Position numbers and translations under genes: made by a program. DNA of 64,000 nt. Source: Faecousia sp. GTDB lineage: Bacteria > Bacillota > Clostridia > Oscillospirales > Oscillospiraceae. The stretch lies in NCBI GenBank assembly GCA_045606205.1, contig JAZURL010000046.1, positions 13,555-77,554 on the forward strand, read 5' to 3'. Positions 36,790 through 46,286 of this stretch are shown piece by piece (within the stretch, counting starts at the first letter, position 1; every line of letters starts with the position of its first letter). The notes under the pieces are model-generated. The model had not been told where the DNA came from and did not search any database. It saw nothing but the letters and a program-made list of their open reading frames with translations.

Positions 36790-37712
36790 TGATCACCATT
36801 GGTATTGATACCAGTAATTACACCACTTCTATTGCGTACTTTGGCGCAGGGGACGGAGAGAACTGTTCCCGGCTTTTGCCTGTAAAGCACGGAGAGTTGG
36901 GTTTGCGTCAGTCGGATGCAGTTTTTGAACATATCAAAAGCCTGCCGGAGCTTACCGGCAGGCTGTTTTCCCATATTCAGCAGGAGAATATCCGCGCTGT
37001 TGGTGTATCCACCCGCCCAAGAGCGGTAGAAGGGAGCTATATGCCCTGCTTTATGGTTGGTTACAGTCACGCAAGGCTCCTGTCCGATGCTCTGAATGTG
37101 CCGTTAATTGAGGTTTCCCATCAACAGGGTCATGTAGCGGCATCTTTATGGAGTTCAGGCTGTCTTGATTTGATGGATCAGCCCCATCTTGCATGGCATT
37201 TGTCCGGCGGCACCACGGAGTTGCTATTGGTAGAGCCTGAGATGAAGAATGTGCGATGCACCCGGATCGGCGGCACAACGGATATTTCTGCCGGACAGCT
37301 GATTGACCGCACCGGTGTAATGCTGAATCTGCAATTCCCTGCAGGAAAATATGTTGACGAATTAAGCAAATCTGCTGTCATGACCGAGGTTTTTAAAGTG
37401 AAATGCACAGAAACGGAGTTCTCACTTTCCGGCGTGCAGAATAAGGTGCAACAGTTTCAAGAGAAGTACGCGACTGTTGCTGAGACAGCTGCTTATGCGC
37501 TTCGCTGTGTCTCGGAGGCGGTATACACCGCTACTAAAAATGCTCTAAGAGCCTATCCGGGCTTACCGATCGTATTTTCCGGCGGTGTTGCCTCGAATTC
37601 CATGCTCCGTCAGCGCATGGCGGCACTGAATCCAATTTTTGCACAACCCCAATATTCTACAGATAATGCCATGGGCGTGGCTGTTTTGGCTGACCGAATC
37701 GTGGAGGGATAA
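36786..37712 (+). CDS. TsaD/Kae1-family (peptidase M22-like) paralog of unknown function
   Basis: GIDTSNYTT, HQQGH, LSGGTT, DISAGQLIDR, SGGVASN, STDNA. Confidence 0.8.
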   Translation: MMITIGIDTSNYTTSIAYFGAGDGENCSRLLPVKHGELGLRQSDAVFEHIKSLPELTGRLFSHIQQENIRAVGVSTRPRAVEGSYMPCFMVGYSHARLLSDALNVPLIEVSHQQGHVAASLWSSGCLDLMDQPHLAWHLSGGTTELLLVEPEMKNVRCTRIGGTTDISAGQLIDRTGVMLNLQFPAGKYVDELSKSAVMTEVFKVKCTETEFSLSGVQNKVQQFQEKYATVAETAAYALRCVSEAVYTATKNALRAYPGLPIVFSGGVASNSMLRQRMAALNPIFAQPQYSTDNAMGVAVLADRIVEG

Positions 37713-37713
37713 T

Positions 37714-38925
37714 ATGGAACAGCAAGTTCTGTCCATTACACAAATAAATGAATACATCCGTGCAAGATTGGATGCAGATCCGCTTTTAGGTGCGGTCGCT
37801 GTCCGGGGCGAGATCAGTAACTATAAAATGTACCCCTCCGGCCATCACTATTTTACATTGAAGGACGAGGGCGGGGCGCTGAAATGCGTTATGTTTAAGA
37901 GTAACGCCACACGCCTGCGTTTTCGTCCGGAAAATGGCATGAGCATTATTGCTATGGGTAAAATCTCCGTTTTTCCGAGAGATGGTGCATACCAACTGTA
38001 CTGTACTGCCATGGCGATGGACGGTATCGGCGATCTTCATGCTGCCTTTGAACAGCTGAAAGCAAAATTAGCAGCGGAGGGGTTGTTTGATCCGGCCCAT
38101 AAAAAACCGCTTCCCAAGTACCCTGGGGTGATCGGAATTGTTACCAGTTCAGCCGGTGCGGCGGTTCACGATATGCTTCGGATTTTGCGCAAGCGTTATC
38201 CGCTGACAAAAGTGAGGCTGTTTCCTGTGCGAGTCCAGGGTGTGGAAGCACCTCCGGAGATCGTGGGTGCAATCCGGTACGCCAATCGTTATAAATTAGC
38301 GGATCTACTGATCGTAGGCCGCGGCGGTGGTTCCATCGAGGATCTTTGGGCGTTTAATGATGAACGCGTCGCCCGGGCGATTTATGATTCGCAGATCCCG
38401 GTGATCTCTGCGGTTGGACATGAGCCAGATGTGACCATTTCCGACTATGTTGCCGATTTACGCGCTGCGACGCCGTCCAATGCGGCAGAACTTGGTGTAC
38501 CCGATCAAGAGGCGTTGTTGCAGACGCTGGACAGCTATTCGGTTGCTATGGCAACATCACTTTCTCGGCAGGTCAGGGCCGGCAGACAGCATCTGAAAGC
38601 CCTTGCGGACAGTCCTGCGTTGCGTAGCCCTACCGGCTATTTGGAACAGAGAAAACAAAATGTTTTGTTGCTGAGAAACCGATTGGTTTCCGCGCAAGTA
38701 CAAAGCGTGGAACGCAAACGCCGGTGCTTCGTGGAACAAACTGCAAAACTGGATGCCATGAGTCCCTTGAAAGTGCTGACCCGTGGCTATGCAATGGCAC
38801 AGAAAAAGGATGGCACCGTACTGCGCAGTGTCAGCCAGGTTGAAATTGCTGATGAGATCGCAATTACTGTAGGCGATGGCAAGGTATCTGCTATGGTCAC
38901 AGATGTAAAGGAGAATGGGAAATGA
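37714..38925 (+). CDS. xseA: Exodeoxyribonuclease VII large subunit
   Basis: GEISN..SGHHYFTLKD, RGGGSIEDLWAFN, SAVGHEPD, ATPSNAAE, LTRGYA. Confidence 0.96.
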   Translation: MEQQVLSITQINEYIRARLDADPLLGAVAVRGEISNYKMYPSGHHYFTLKDEGGALKCVMFKSNATRLRFRPENGMSIIAMGKISVFPRDGAYQLYCTAMAMDGIGDLHAAFEQLKAKLAAEGLFDPAHKKPLPKYPGVIGIVTSSAGAAVHDMLRILRKRYPLTKVRLFPVRVQGVEAPPEIVGAIRYANRYKLADLLIVGRGGGSIEDLWAFNDERVARAIYDSQIPVISAVGHEPDVTISDYVADLRAATPSNAAELGVPDQEALLQTLDSYSVAMATSLSRQVRAGRQHLKALADSPALRSPTGYLEQRKQNVLLLRNRLVSAQVQSVERKRRCFVEQTAKLDAMSPLKVLTRGYAMAQKKDGTVLRSVSQVEIADEIAITVGDGKVSAMVTDVKENGK

Positions 38926-39158
38926 ACGAGAAGAATGCTACTTTTGAAGCGAATATGCAACGCCTGGAACAAATCGTTCGCGCCATGGAACGTGGCGATG
39001 TAGCGCTGGATGAATCCCTAAAATTGTTTCAAGAAGGAACAGATCTGGTTCGTGCCTGCGGAAAACTCCTGGACGATGCCCAGTTACAGGTTGAAAAGGT
39101 AGTCAAGGGTGTTGATGGCAATCCCACTTTTGAGGAGTTTCAAGATGAAAATGGATGA
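38922..39158 (+). CDS. xseB: Exodeoxyribonuclease VII small subunit
   Basis: TFEANMQRLEQIV..ME.GDVALDESLKLFQEG. Confidence 0.93.
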   Translation: MNEKNATFEANMQRLEQIVRAMERGDVALDESLKLFQEGTDLVRACGKLLDDAQLQVEKVVKGVDGNPTFEEFQDENG

Positions 39159-40017
39159 AATTTCTAAGCAATATCGAGATTTTACCGAAGAATTTCTAAA
39201 AGAATGGTTTACCCAATTCCATGACGAGCCGCAAAAAGTGCTTTATGAAGCCATGGCGTACAGCGTGTTGGGCGGAGGTAAGCGTCTGCGTGCCATTCTT
39301 TCTTTGGAGTTTTGTCGCCTTTGCTGTGGAGACTGGAAAAAAGCCGCACCATTTGCGGCAGCCATCGAAATGATCCATGCATACAGTCTGATCCACGACG
39401 ATCTGCCGTCCATGGATAATGACGATTTTCGTCGGGGCAAGCCCAGCAATCACAAGGTTTTCGGTGAGGGAATGGCAATTCTCGCAGGCGACGCTTTGCT
39501 TTCTGATGCCTTTTCCTGTGTTACATCAGCAGAACTTCCTGCCAAGGATATTGCTTTTGCAGTTTCCGTTTTGGCGGGAAACATCGGTTCCTGGGGTATG
39601 GTAGGTGGCCAAGTGCTGGACATCATGAGCGAGGAACGGGAACTTTCCGAACAGGAAGTGCTGGATATTCAATCCCGGAAAACCGGTGCGCTGATCAATG
39701 CGTCCTGCGCTTTGGGTGTGATTGCCGGCGGCGGCACGGAAGAACAACTTCAGGCCGCCTGCAGTTTTGCCGGACTTCTTGGATTGGCATTCCAAATTCG
39801 TGATGATATGCTGGATGTGATCGGCACACAGGAAGAACTGGGCAAAGGTGTTGGCACCGATGCAGCAAAAAATACGTTTGTTCGGCTGTATGGCCTTGAG
39901 AAGTGCGAGGAATTGGTGGAGAAGTACACCAGTATGGCCATCGATTATTTGAATGCATTTGAGAATACAGATTATCTGATCGCGCTGGCAAAAAGCCTGA
40001 CTGGAAGAAAAGTATAA
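39145..40017 (+). CDS. ispA: Farnesyl/geranylgeranyl diphosphate synthase
   Basis: GGKRLR, SLIHDDLPSMDNDDFRRG, KTGAL, AFQIRDDMLD. Confidence 0.92.
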   Translation: MKMDEISKQYRDFTEEFLKEWFTQFHDEPQKVLYEAMAYSVLGGGKRLRAILSLEFCRLCCGDWKKAAPFAAAIEMIHAYSLIHDDLPSMDNDDFRRGKPSNHKVFGEGMAILAGDALLSDAFSCVTSAELPAKDIAFAVSVLAGNIGSWGMVGGQVLDIMSEERELSEQEVLDIQSRKTGALINASCALGVIAGGGTEEQLQAACSFAGLLGLAFQIRDDMLDVIGTQEELGKGVGTDAAKNTFVRLYGLEKCEELVEKYTSMAIDYLNAFENTDYLIALAKSLTGRKV

Positions 40018-40021
40018 AGGT

Positions 40022-40055
40022 AAAACCCCCAACGGAATCTCCGTTGGGGGTTGTT
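40022..40055. terminator. Bidirectional terminator ispA/rplA
   Basis: aacccccaacgga-atc-tccgttgggggtt. Confidence 0.75.
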
Positions 40056-40068
40056 GCATCTATAAATT

Positions 40069-40761
40069 TTACAGATACTTAGCGGTGGAAACCTTCACGC
40101 CGGGGCCCATGGTGGAAACCACGGTGCAGGACTTGATATACTGACCCTTGGCAGCTGCGGGCTTAGCCTTCACAACAGCCTTGATCAGAGTGTCCATGTT
40201 CTCGGACAGTTTCTCAGCACCGAAGGAAACCTTGCCGATGGGGCAGTGGATGATGTTGGTCTTGTCCAAACGGTACTCGACCTTACCAGCCTTGATCTCG
40301 GTAACAGCAGCGCCAACGTTGGGGGTCACAGTGCCGGCCTTGGGAGAGGGCATCAGGCCCTTGGGACCCAGAACCTTACCCAGACGACCAACGACGCCCA
40401 TCATGTCGGGGGAAGCGACAACAACGTCGAATTCAAACCAGTTTTCCTTGGTGATCTTCTCGACCAGCTCCATGCCGCCAACATAGTCAGCGCCGGCAGC
40501 CTTAGCCTCGTCGATTTTAGCATCCTTGGTGAAGACCAGCACGCGGGCGGTCTTGCCGGTGCCGTTGGGCAGGACCACGGCGCCGCGGACCTGCTGGTCA
40601 GCGTGACGGGAGTCAACACCCAACTTAATGTGCAGCTCGACAGTCTCGTCGAACTTAGCGGAAGCTCCCTTCACAACCAGATACAGGGCCTCAGCGGGAT
40701 CATACTGAACAGAACGATCAATCAGTTTTGCGCTCTCCTTGTACTTTTTACCTCTAAACAA
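40069..40761 (-). CDS. rplA: 50S ribosomal protein L1
   Basis: [20 protein letters not shown]; TTG start after AAGGAGG. Confidence 0.97.
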   Translation of the reverse strand: MFRGKKYKESAKLIDRSVQYDPAEALYLVVKGASAKFDETVELHIKLGVDSRHADQQVRGAVVLPNGTGKTARVLVFTKDAKIDEAKAAGADYVGGMELVEKITKENWFEFDVVVASPDMMGVVGRLGKVLGPKGLMPSPKAGTVTPNVGAAVTEIKAGKVEYRLDKTNIIHCPIGKVSFGAEKLSENMDTLIKAVVKAKPAAAKGQYIKSCTVVSTMGPGVKVSTAKYL

Positions 40762-40777
40762 TGTAATTATCCTCCTT

Positions 40778-40810
40778 ATAGTGGTGATGCGGAATAATCC
40801 TCCCACATTT
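40778..40810 (-). promoter_or_regulatory. L1-binding mRNA leader upstream of rplA
   Basis: GUGGGAG...ACCAC helix next to the RBS, typical L1 rRNA-mimic site. Confidence 0.65.
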
Positions 40811-40840
40811 CCGAGGCGGTAAAACCCCGGTCAGCAAATA

Positions 40841-41266
40841 TTAGTCAACAACAGTAACGCCCATGGAACGGCAAGTGCCACGAACCTGGCTCTCAGCGGC
40901 TTCCAAGGAATTCACGTTCAGATCGGGCAGCTTGGTCTTTGCAATCTCAGTAACCTGAGCGGCAGTAATGGAACCAACCTTGTTCTTATTGGGGACACCG
41001 GAGCCACCCTGCAGACCTGCGGCCTTCAGAACCAACAGGGGGGTGGGGGGAGTCTTGGTGATAAAGGTGAAGCTGCGGTCCGCGTAAACAGTGATGACGA
41101 CAGGAATCTTATAGCCCTCCATGTTGGTGGTACGGGCGTTAAATTCCTTAATGAAAGCGGCGATGTTTACGCCGTGCTGACCCAAAGCGGGGCCGACAGG
41201 GGGAGAAGCGGTTGCCTTAGCGGCGGGAATTTGCAGTTTGATAATACCGGTAACTTTCTGTGCCAT
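40841..41266 (-). CDS. rplK: 50S ribosomal protein L11
   Basis: [28 protein letters not shown]. Confidence 0.97.
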   Translation of the reverse strand: MAQKVTGIIKLQIPAAKATASPPVGPALGQHGVNIAAFIKEFNARTTNMEGYKIPVVITVYADRSFTFITKTPPTPLLVLKAAGLQGGSGVPNKNKVGSITAAQVTEIAKTKLPDLNVNSLEAAESQVRGTCRSMGVTVVD

Positions 41267-41287
41267 GATAAGCACCTCCTGAATAAA

Positions 41288-41341
41288 ATGTGGTAATATG
41301 CGCTTTGCGCATTTCTTTCGGGGCGTCAGCCCCTCCCACGT
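41288..41341 (-). promoter_or_regulatory. L1-binding mRNA leader upstream of rplK
   Basis: GUGGGAG...ACCAC enclosing two small hairpins. Confidence 0.6.
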
Positions 41342-41368
41342 TCCGACCGAATAATCGGTTCGATGCGT

Positions 41369-41899
41369 TTACTGGGATACGACCTCGATTTGGTCAAGCT
41401 CGAACTCGACCGGGGTCTCGCGGCCAAACATGGATACGATCACGCTGACCGCGTTCTTTTCGACCTCAATGGTCTCCACGACACCGGTGAAGGAACTCAA
41501 GGGACCATCGAGAATCCGGACGGTATCGCCAACCTCATAGTTAACGATGATTTCCTTCTTCTCTACGCCCATTGCGTAGACTTCGTCGTCTGTCAGGGGA
41601 GTGGGGTCATTGCTGGATGTGCCGACAAATCCGGTTACGCCCCGGACACCGCGGACAACATGCCATGTGTCATCGCTGTAAACCATCTTCACCAGAACGT
41701 AACCGGGATAAACCTTACGGTCATAAGTTTTGGTTGCGCCGGATTCTGTGATCTCAGTAACGGTTTCCATAGGAATGGAAATGGCCTGAATCACGTCCTG
41801 GAGCTGACGGCTTTCAACGGTCTTTTCGATGGTGGCTTTTACAGTGTTCTCATAACCGGAGTAGGTATGGACCACATACCACTTTGCAGCTTCTGCCAT
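41369..41899 (-). CDS. nusG: Transcription elongation factor NusG
   Basis: WYVVHTYSGYE, YPGYVLVKM, KOW domain, MFGRETPVE. Confidence 0.97.
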   Translation of the reverse strand: MAEAAKWYVVHTYSGYENTVKATIEKTVESRQLQDVIQAISIPMETVTEITESGATKTYDRKVYPGYVLVKMVYSDDTWHVVRGVRGVTGFVGTSSNDPTPLTDDEVYAMGVEKKEIIVNYEVGDTVRILDGPLSSFTGVVETIEVEKNAVSVIVSMFGRETPVEFELDQIEVVSQ

Positions 41900-41908
41900 A
41901 GTCTCACC

Positions 41909-42157
41909 TTAATGATTGTGTGTCAGTTCAGTGACAGCATCAATCAAACCGTTGATAGTGACACCGGCCACAAAGTCGAACAACCAGACGAACACGCCAA
42001 CCACGAGGACGCATGCGATGACGATCAAGGTGTTCTTGAGCACCTGCTGAGGGGTGGACCAAACAACTTTCTTCAGTTCGCACTTCAGCTCACGGAAGTA
42101 TCTGCAAACGGCACCCCAGGTTCTTTTGAACCAGCTTTCCTTTTTGATTTCAGCCAT
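41909..42157 (-). CDS. secE: Preprotein translocase SecE
   Basis: ELKKVVW plus TM; between rpmG and nusG. Confidence 0.93.
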   Translation of the reverse strand: MAEIKKESWFKRTWGAVCRYFRELKCELKKVVWSTPQQVLKNTLIVIACVLVVGVFVWLFDFVAGVTINGLIDAVTELTHNH

Positions 42158-42170
42158 CTTTTGCCTCTCC

Positions 42171-42320
42171 TTACTTGGTCTCGTTGTGTGTGGTGTGCTT
42201 TCTGCAGAATCTGCAGTACTTGCTCATTTCGAGACGGTCAGGGTCGTTCTTCTTGTTTTTCATGGTGTTGTAGTTTCTCTGCTTGCACTCGGAGCATCTC
42301 AAAGTGACTTTTACGCGCAT
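42171..42320 (-). CDS. rpmG: 50S ribosomal protein L33, zinc-binding type (not in ORF track)
   Basis: [49 protein letters not shown]; AAGGAGG RBS. Confidence 0.96.
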   Translation of the reverse strand: MRVKVTLRCSECKQRNYNTMKNKKNDPDRLEMSKYCRFCRKHTTHNETK

Positions 42321-42452
42321 TACGGCACCTCCTTAAAAATTGCCTCCCTGTATCACTTCGGCTAGAATAGATTTAGAAAGCGGACAACTACATATCCGCC
42401 CCGAAGCTGAAAATGGGCATAAAACAAAGCCCGTTTTTTCACAGGTGAAAAC

Positions 42453-42481
42453 ATTCTACCACAACGTTTGCATATAGTCAA
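42453..42481 (-). promoter_or_regulatory. SigA promoter of rpmG-secE-nusG
   Basis: TTGACT-N17-TAGAAT with TG extension. Confidence 0.7.
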
Positions 42482-42588
42482 CAACTTTTTTGCCAAATTT
42501 TCGTATATTTTTACTGTACTTTGGAGATTTTGGAGTGAAAGCATATTTCCGAAGGGTACAAGCATATCCTGTAACAGGAGGGATGGAA

Positions 42589-43071
42589 ATGAAGTCGTTT
42601 TGGGATAAATGGAAGCCATACATAATCAGCGCCTTGATTGCTCTGGGCATTGGCGGATTATCCGCATTGCTATCCATGAACGGTATGGAATCATATGACA
42701 CAACGGTGGTAAAACCGGCACTGACACCCCCAGGGTGGTTGTTCTCTGTGGTTTGGACGGTTCTATATACGTTAATGGGGATCAGTGCAGCACGGGTTTG
42801 GATGACGAAGGAAAGCGTGGCACGAAGCAGGGGACTGAACCTGTATGTTGCGCAGTTGATCGTCAACTTTTTTTGGAGCTTGATCTTCTTCAATGCCCAA
42901 GCCTTCGGTTTTGCAGCAATTTGGCTGTTGCTTTTGTGGACACTGGTGTTTTTAATGATCCGGGAATTTTATAAGGTTGACAGACTTGCGGCTTTACTAC
43001 AGCTCCCGTATCTGATTTGGTTGACCTTTGCGGCGTATCTGAATATTGGAGTATGGATTTTGAACCGATAA
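42589..43071 (+). CDS. tspO: TspO/MBR tryptophan-rich sensory protein
   Basis: KPALTPPGWLFSVVWTVLY, QLIVNFFWSLIFF, LQLPYLIWLTFAAYLN. Confidence 0.92.
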   Translation: MKSFWDKWKPYIISALIALGIGGLSALLSMNGMESYDTTVVKPALTPPGWLFSVVWTVLYTLMGISAARVWMTKESVARSRGLNLYVAQLIVNFFWSLIFFNAQAFGFAAIWLLLLWTLVFLMIREFYKVDRLAALLQLPYLIWLTFAAYLNIGVWILNR

Positions 43072-43105
43072 AAAAGAAAGGCAAATTTTGCCTTTCTTTT
43101 TCTTT
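43070..43105 (+). terminator. Terminator after tspO
   Basis: aaaaagaaaggca-aattt-tgcctttctttttc. Confidence 0.65.
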
Positions 43106-43150
43106 GCATATCCGTTATAATAGAGAAAAACGCAGAAAAGAGGAACTTTT

Positions 43151-43567
43151 ATGAAGCGGATCATGGGAATTGATTATGGCGATGCACGTACAGGTGTTGC
43201 AATCTCCGATCTTCTTTGCAGTATTGTAGGGTCCACCACTGTCGTGTCCAGCCGCAACCGTGAAAAGGCCATTGCTGACATTGTTTGCCTTGTAAAGGAA
43301 AACGAAGTAGGACAGATCGTCGTCGGCCTGCCCCGGAATATGGACGGTACAGAGGGCATTCGCGCTCAGCTGTGCCGGGAATTTGCGGAAGAATTACGGA
43401 ACGCAACAGGCTTGCCAGTGCAGATGTGGGATGAGCGACGTACTACCGTGGAGGCACACAACATCCTGTCCCAGCATAACTACCATGGTCAAAAACGGAA
43501 AAACACAGTGGATGCTGTAGCCGCGGCTTTAATTCTGGAAGGCTACTTGGCTTTTCGTGGTCGATAA
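43151..43567 (+). CDS. ruvX: YqgF/RuvX family pre-16S rRNA nuclease
   Basis: GIDYGDARTGVA, VVGLPRNMDG, WDERRTT, VDAVAAALILE. Confidence 0.93.
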   Translation: MKRIMGIDYGDARTGVAISDLLCSIVGSTTVVSSRNREKAIADIVCLVKENEVGQIVVGLPRNMDGTEGIRAQLCREFAEELRNATGLPVQMWDERRTTVEAHNILSQHNYHGQKRKNTVDAVAAALILEGYLAFRGR

Positions 43568-43914
43568 AATAACTCCCGCACACCTGTTACAAGTAAAAGA
43601 CAGCCGAAAATCTTTTTCAGAATGCTTTGATCGATCTGTGTCCCGATCCAGGAGCACAGTGCCGCAGCAATACATCCGCTGATGATAGCCGGCAGGATCG
43701 TTTTGACCTCCAGATTGCCTTTTTTTAAACGCAATAGACTGACACTTCCTGCTGCTGCCAAAAAGAACATAAGATTGATCGCTCTTGCGGTGGGGGCTTC
43801 TGTATTTGCACACAGTGTCAGCCACAGAATCAATAGTGACCCACCGCCAACACCCAGCCCTGCCAAGAAGCCAAGCACAAGTCCGACGGGGATTGTAAGC
43901 AGGGGAGTCAACAT
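43543..43914 (-). CDS. TauE/SafE (DUF81) half-size membrane protein
   Basis: GLGVGGGSLL, ARAINLMFF, LKKIFG. Confidence 0.8.
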   Translation of the reverse strand: MLTPLLTIPVGLVLGFLAGLGVGGGSLLILWLTLCANTEAPTARAINLMFFLAAAGSVSLLRLKKGNLEVKTILPAIISGCIAAALCSWIGTQIDQSILKKIFGCLLLVTGVRELFYRPRKAK

Positions 43915-44261
43915 AGATAACGCACGCCTCCGTATATGATCAGAATGCCCAATGCCCGGTGAAGCCACTTCACCGGGATCTTTTTCTCTAAAAAGGCTGC
44001 CATTAGTCCTCCCGGAATGGCTGCAAGCAAGTAAGGCCATGCTTTGGACCATGGAAGATTTGCAAAACCCGGAGATACGCTCAGCGAGATTAAGCAGATA
44101 GGGAAAATAATCGCAACGGATGTGGGGAATACTTTCTCATCTTCCAGTTCACCGAGAAGTGTCAGCAACGGAACGAGGATCATACCGCCGCCTGCACCTA
44201 ATAAGCCATTCACTGCACCGGCAACTGTTCCGGCGAGGATATATCCCAACTTTTGTTTCAT
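43908..44261 (-). CDS. TauE/SafE (DUF81) half-size membrane protein
   Basis: AGAVNGLLGAGGGMILVP, TSVAII. Confidence 0.8.
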   Translation of the reverse strand: MKQKLGYILAGTVAGAVNGLLGAGGGMILVPLLTLLGELEDEKVFPTSVAIIFPICLISLSVSPGFANLPWSKAWPYLLAAIPGGLMAAFLEKKIPVKWLHRALGILIIYGGVRYLC

Positions 44262-44308
44262 TTCATCCCTCCTGACTGGATTTTTTGCAAACAGGGATGA
44301 AAATATGC

Positions 44309-44336
44309 AAAAACCCGGATCCGAAGATCCGGGTTT
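44309..44336 (-). terminator. Terminator after PrsA-like gene
   Basis: aaaaacccggatc-cgaa-gatccgggttt (UUCG loop on the minus strand). Confidence 0.8.
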
Positions 44337-44342
44337 ATCATA

Positions 44343-46097
44343 TTACTGTTCCTGTACTACGTAATCGTAGTCCATATGCTTCAGATTACCCATGGTAAAG
44401 GAAATCTTTTCAACCAAGCCATCGTGCCACTTTTTGGCGTCCTCTGCACGCAGATCAGAATCGATCATCAAATCACGGTAGGACATCTCGTCGGTGGAGG
44501 AGTAGAACATCACGTGGTAGCCGTATTCTGTCTCCACAATGCCGGTATCGCCAGCCTTACGGCCCTCAGCAAAGCACCATTCCTCAAAGGCTGCTACCAT
44601 CTGGCCAGGATAGATATCTTCGTACAGGCCGCCGTTGGTGACCTTTCCGTCCTGGTCATCGCTTTCCTTGTTTGCCAGTTCGCCGAAGCTTTCCTCGTTG
44701 GCGGTTCCGTCCTGCCACTGCTTCAGCAGTTTCTCTGCTTCTTCCTTAGCAGCATTTTTCTCGGCCACAGAATAGGTGACATTGCCATCCTTGTCCTTTG
44801 TGCCGCCCTGGAACTTCACAAGAATATGACGCACATTGGCCATCTTGACCTCGTTGTCATCGCGCTCGGTGAACAGAACAATGGTATAACCGTCAACTGT
44901 TCTGCTGCAGCCGCAGTCATCGCCGTGTTCATGTTTTTCGTCCTCGTGCTCGGCGTAAGTGTAGACCTCAAATGCTTTGAGATCGCCGGCAACGCGAGCG
45001 GTATCTTTCATCCAGTTCAAGGCACTTTCCTGGAGAGTGATGTTGTTGATAAATACATCCTTGACTTCCGTAGCGGTGGGCTTCTTAGCGGTTGTGGTAG
45101 AACTACTGGAGCTATTGCTGCTATCATCCTTGTTCTCGTCTTCGGTCTGGTTAATTGCCCAAGCCTGGATAGCCTTGTCGAAGGATTCCTTATCCTTGAC
45201 TTCACCGGCAAGAAGTGCTTCCATATCGGCCTTCATGGCCGCGCGGGCTGCATTCTTTTCGTCATCAGTCCAGGTAGTAGTTTTGCCGTCCTCGCTCTTT
45301 GTGCCCTCGCCCAGATATGTGTTATACTTCATGGAATAATACACATAGGACAGGGTGGAGTAGTCATCAAACTTGTCCTTTTCATAAGCGCGGTAATCAT
45401 CCTGGTCGTATTCCAGGTCTTTGGCGTACTTATTCAAATAGGAAGACGCGATGGAGCAGACACGGTAGTACTCGCTGTAATTGTCCTTGGTAGCGCCGTT
45501 TCCGTAGCTGGAACGCAGATAGGATTTTACACTGGAGTAGCCATAGTAGGTGGCATACAGCTCCAAAGATTCCAAGTAGGAGTCCAGATTACTCTGCTCG
45601 TCCTCTGTGAGAGTGTGGCCGTTGGCAACTGCATCATCATACAGAGCATAAGTATCCTTGGCAGTGTCGATGGCGTTCTCGATGAAATAATCTGCCCAGG
45701 TCTTGCTGTCTTCTTCGCTGTACATCTGCTCATTCAGCGGCTTGGTGGTGTCAAAGCCCAGCATAATGGACCAGTAATCACCAAAAGAGCTGTAATACTG
45801 ATTATAAACTGTCTGCTGATGCTCAGATATGGCATCAATATAGAAATAGGTAAGGTCGGCTGTGGACAGCTTGTGCTCACCAATGGTAACAGTGTTGCTG
45901 TTCCGGAGAACAAGGCCGTCAATCATGGGGCCGACAATTACGCCGACCACAATGGCGACCACAAGTGCCATCACGATGGCGAAGGTCAGGGTATAAGCCT
46001 TCAGTTTTTTGGCTTCCTGTTGCTCCTTCTTCTGCTTTTCAGTCATAGAAGCAGCATTCTGCTCCTTGCGAAGCTTCTTTTTATTGGATGCGCTCAT
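44343..46097 (-). CDS. Membrane-anchored parvulin-type peptidyl-prolyl isomerase (PrsA/SurA-like foldase)
   Basis: N-terminal TM; VRHILVKF, FGELA..SDD, NGGLY, MVAAFEEW, VETEYGYHVM. Confidence 0.85.
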   Translation of the reverse strand: MSASNKKKLRKEQNAASMTEKQKKEQQEAKKLKAYTLTFAIVMALVVAIVVGVIVGPMIDGLVLRNSNTVTIGEHKLSTADLTYFYIDAISEHQQTVYNQYYSSFGDYWSIMLGFDTTKPLNEQMYSEEDSKTWADYFIENAIDTAKDTYALYDDAVANGHTLTEDEQSNLDSYLESLELYATYYGYSSVKSYLRSSYGNGATKDNYSEYYRVCSIASSYLNKYAKDLEYDQDDYRAYEKDKFDDYSTLSYVYYSMKYNTYLGEGTKSEDGKTTTWTDDEKNAARAAMKADMEALLAGEVKDKESFDKAIQAWAINQTEDENKDDSSNSSSSSTTTAKKPTATEVKDVFINNITLQESALNWMKDTARVAGDLKAFEVYTYAEHEDEKHEHGDDCGCSRTVDGYTIVLFTERDDNEVKMANVRHILVKFQGGTKDKDGNVTYSVAEKNAAKEEAEKLLKQWQDGTANEESFGELANKESDDQDGKVTNGGLYEDIYPGQMVAAFEEWCFAEGRKAGDTGIVETEYGYHVMFYSSTDEMSYRDLMIDSDLRAEDAKKWHDGLVEKISFTMGNLKHMDYDYVVQEQ

Positions 46098-46251
46098 GTA
46101 ATCAATTCCTCTCATTGTCCATTTGTACATTGCGCAGATTTTCGCGCATAGACTTGAGTATTATAACTGATTTATAGGAAAGTTTCAAGTGTTTTCTTTA
46201 CACTTCCCATAAATACATAAAAAGTTTACATCTGAAAGGACCATGAAATGC

Positions 46252-46283
46252 AAAAAAGCATGGAGAATCGAAATTCTCCATGC
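46252..46283 (-). terminator. Terminator after 6S RNA
   Basis: aaaaaagcatggagaat-cgaa-attctccatgc. Confidence 0.8.
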
Positions 46284-46286
46284 CTG

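Noticed and set aside
41363-42307. 314-aa plus-strand ORF over nusG, secE and rpmG
   Set aside because: Antisense to three essential genes; no domain or RBS.
43543-44261. Two half-length TauE genes as a frameshifted pseudogene
   Set aside because: Each half has its own start, RBS and Gly-rich motif; paired half-size TauE genes are a plausible functional arrangement.
44376-46151. 591-aa plus-strand ORF
   Set aside because: Antisense shadow of the codon-biased PrsA-like gene.
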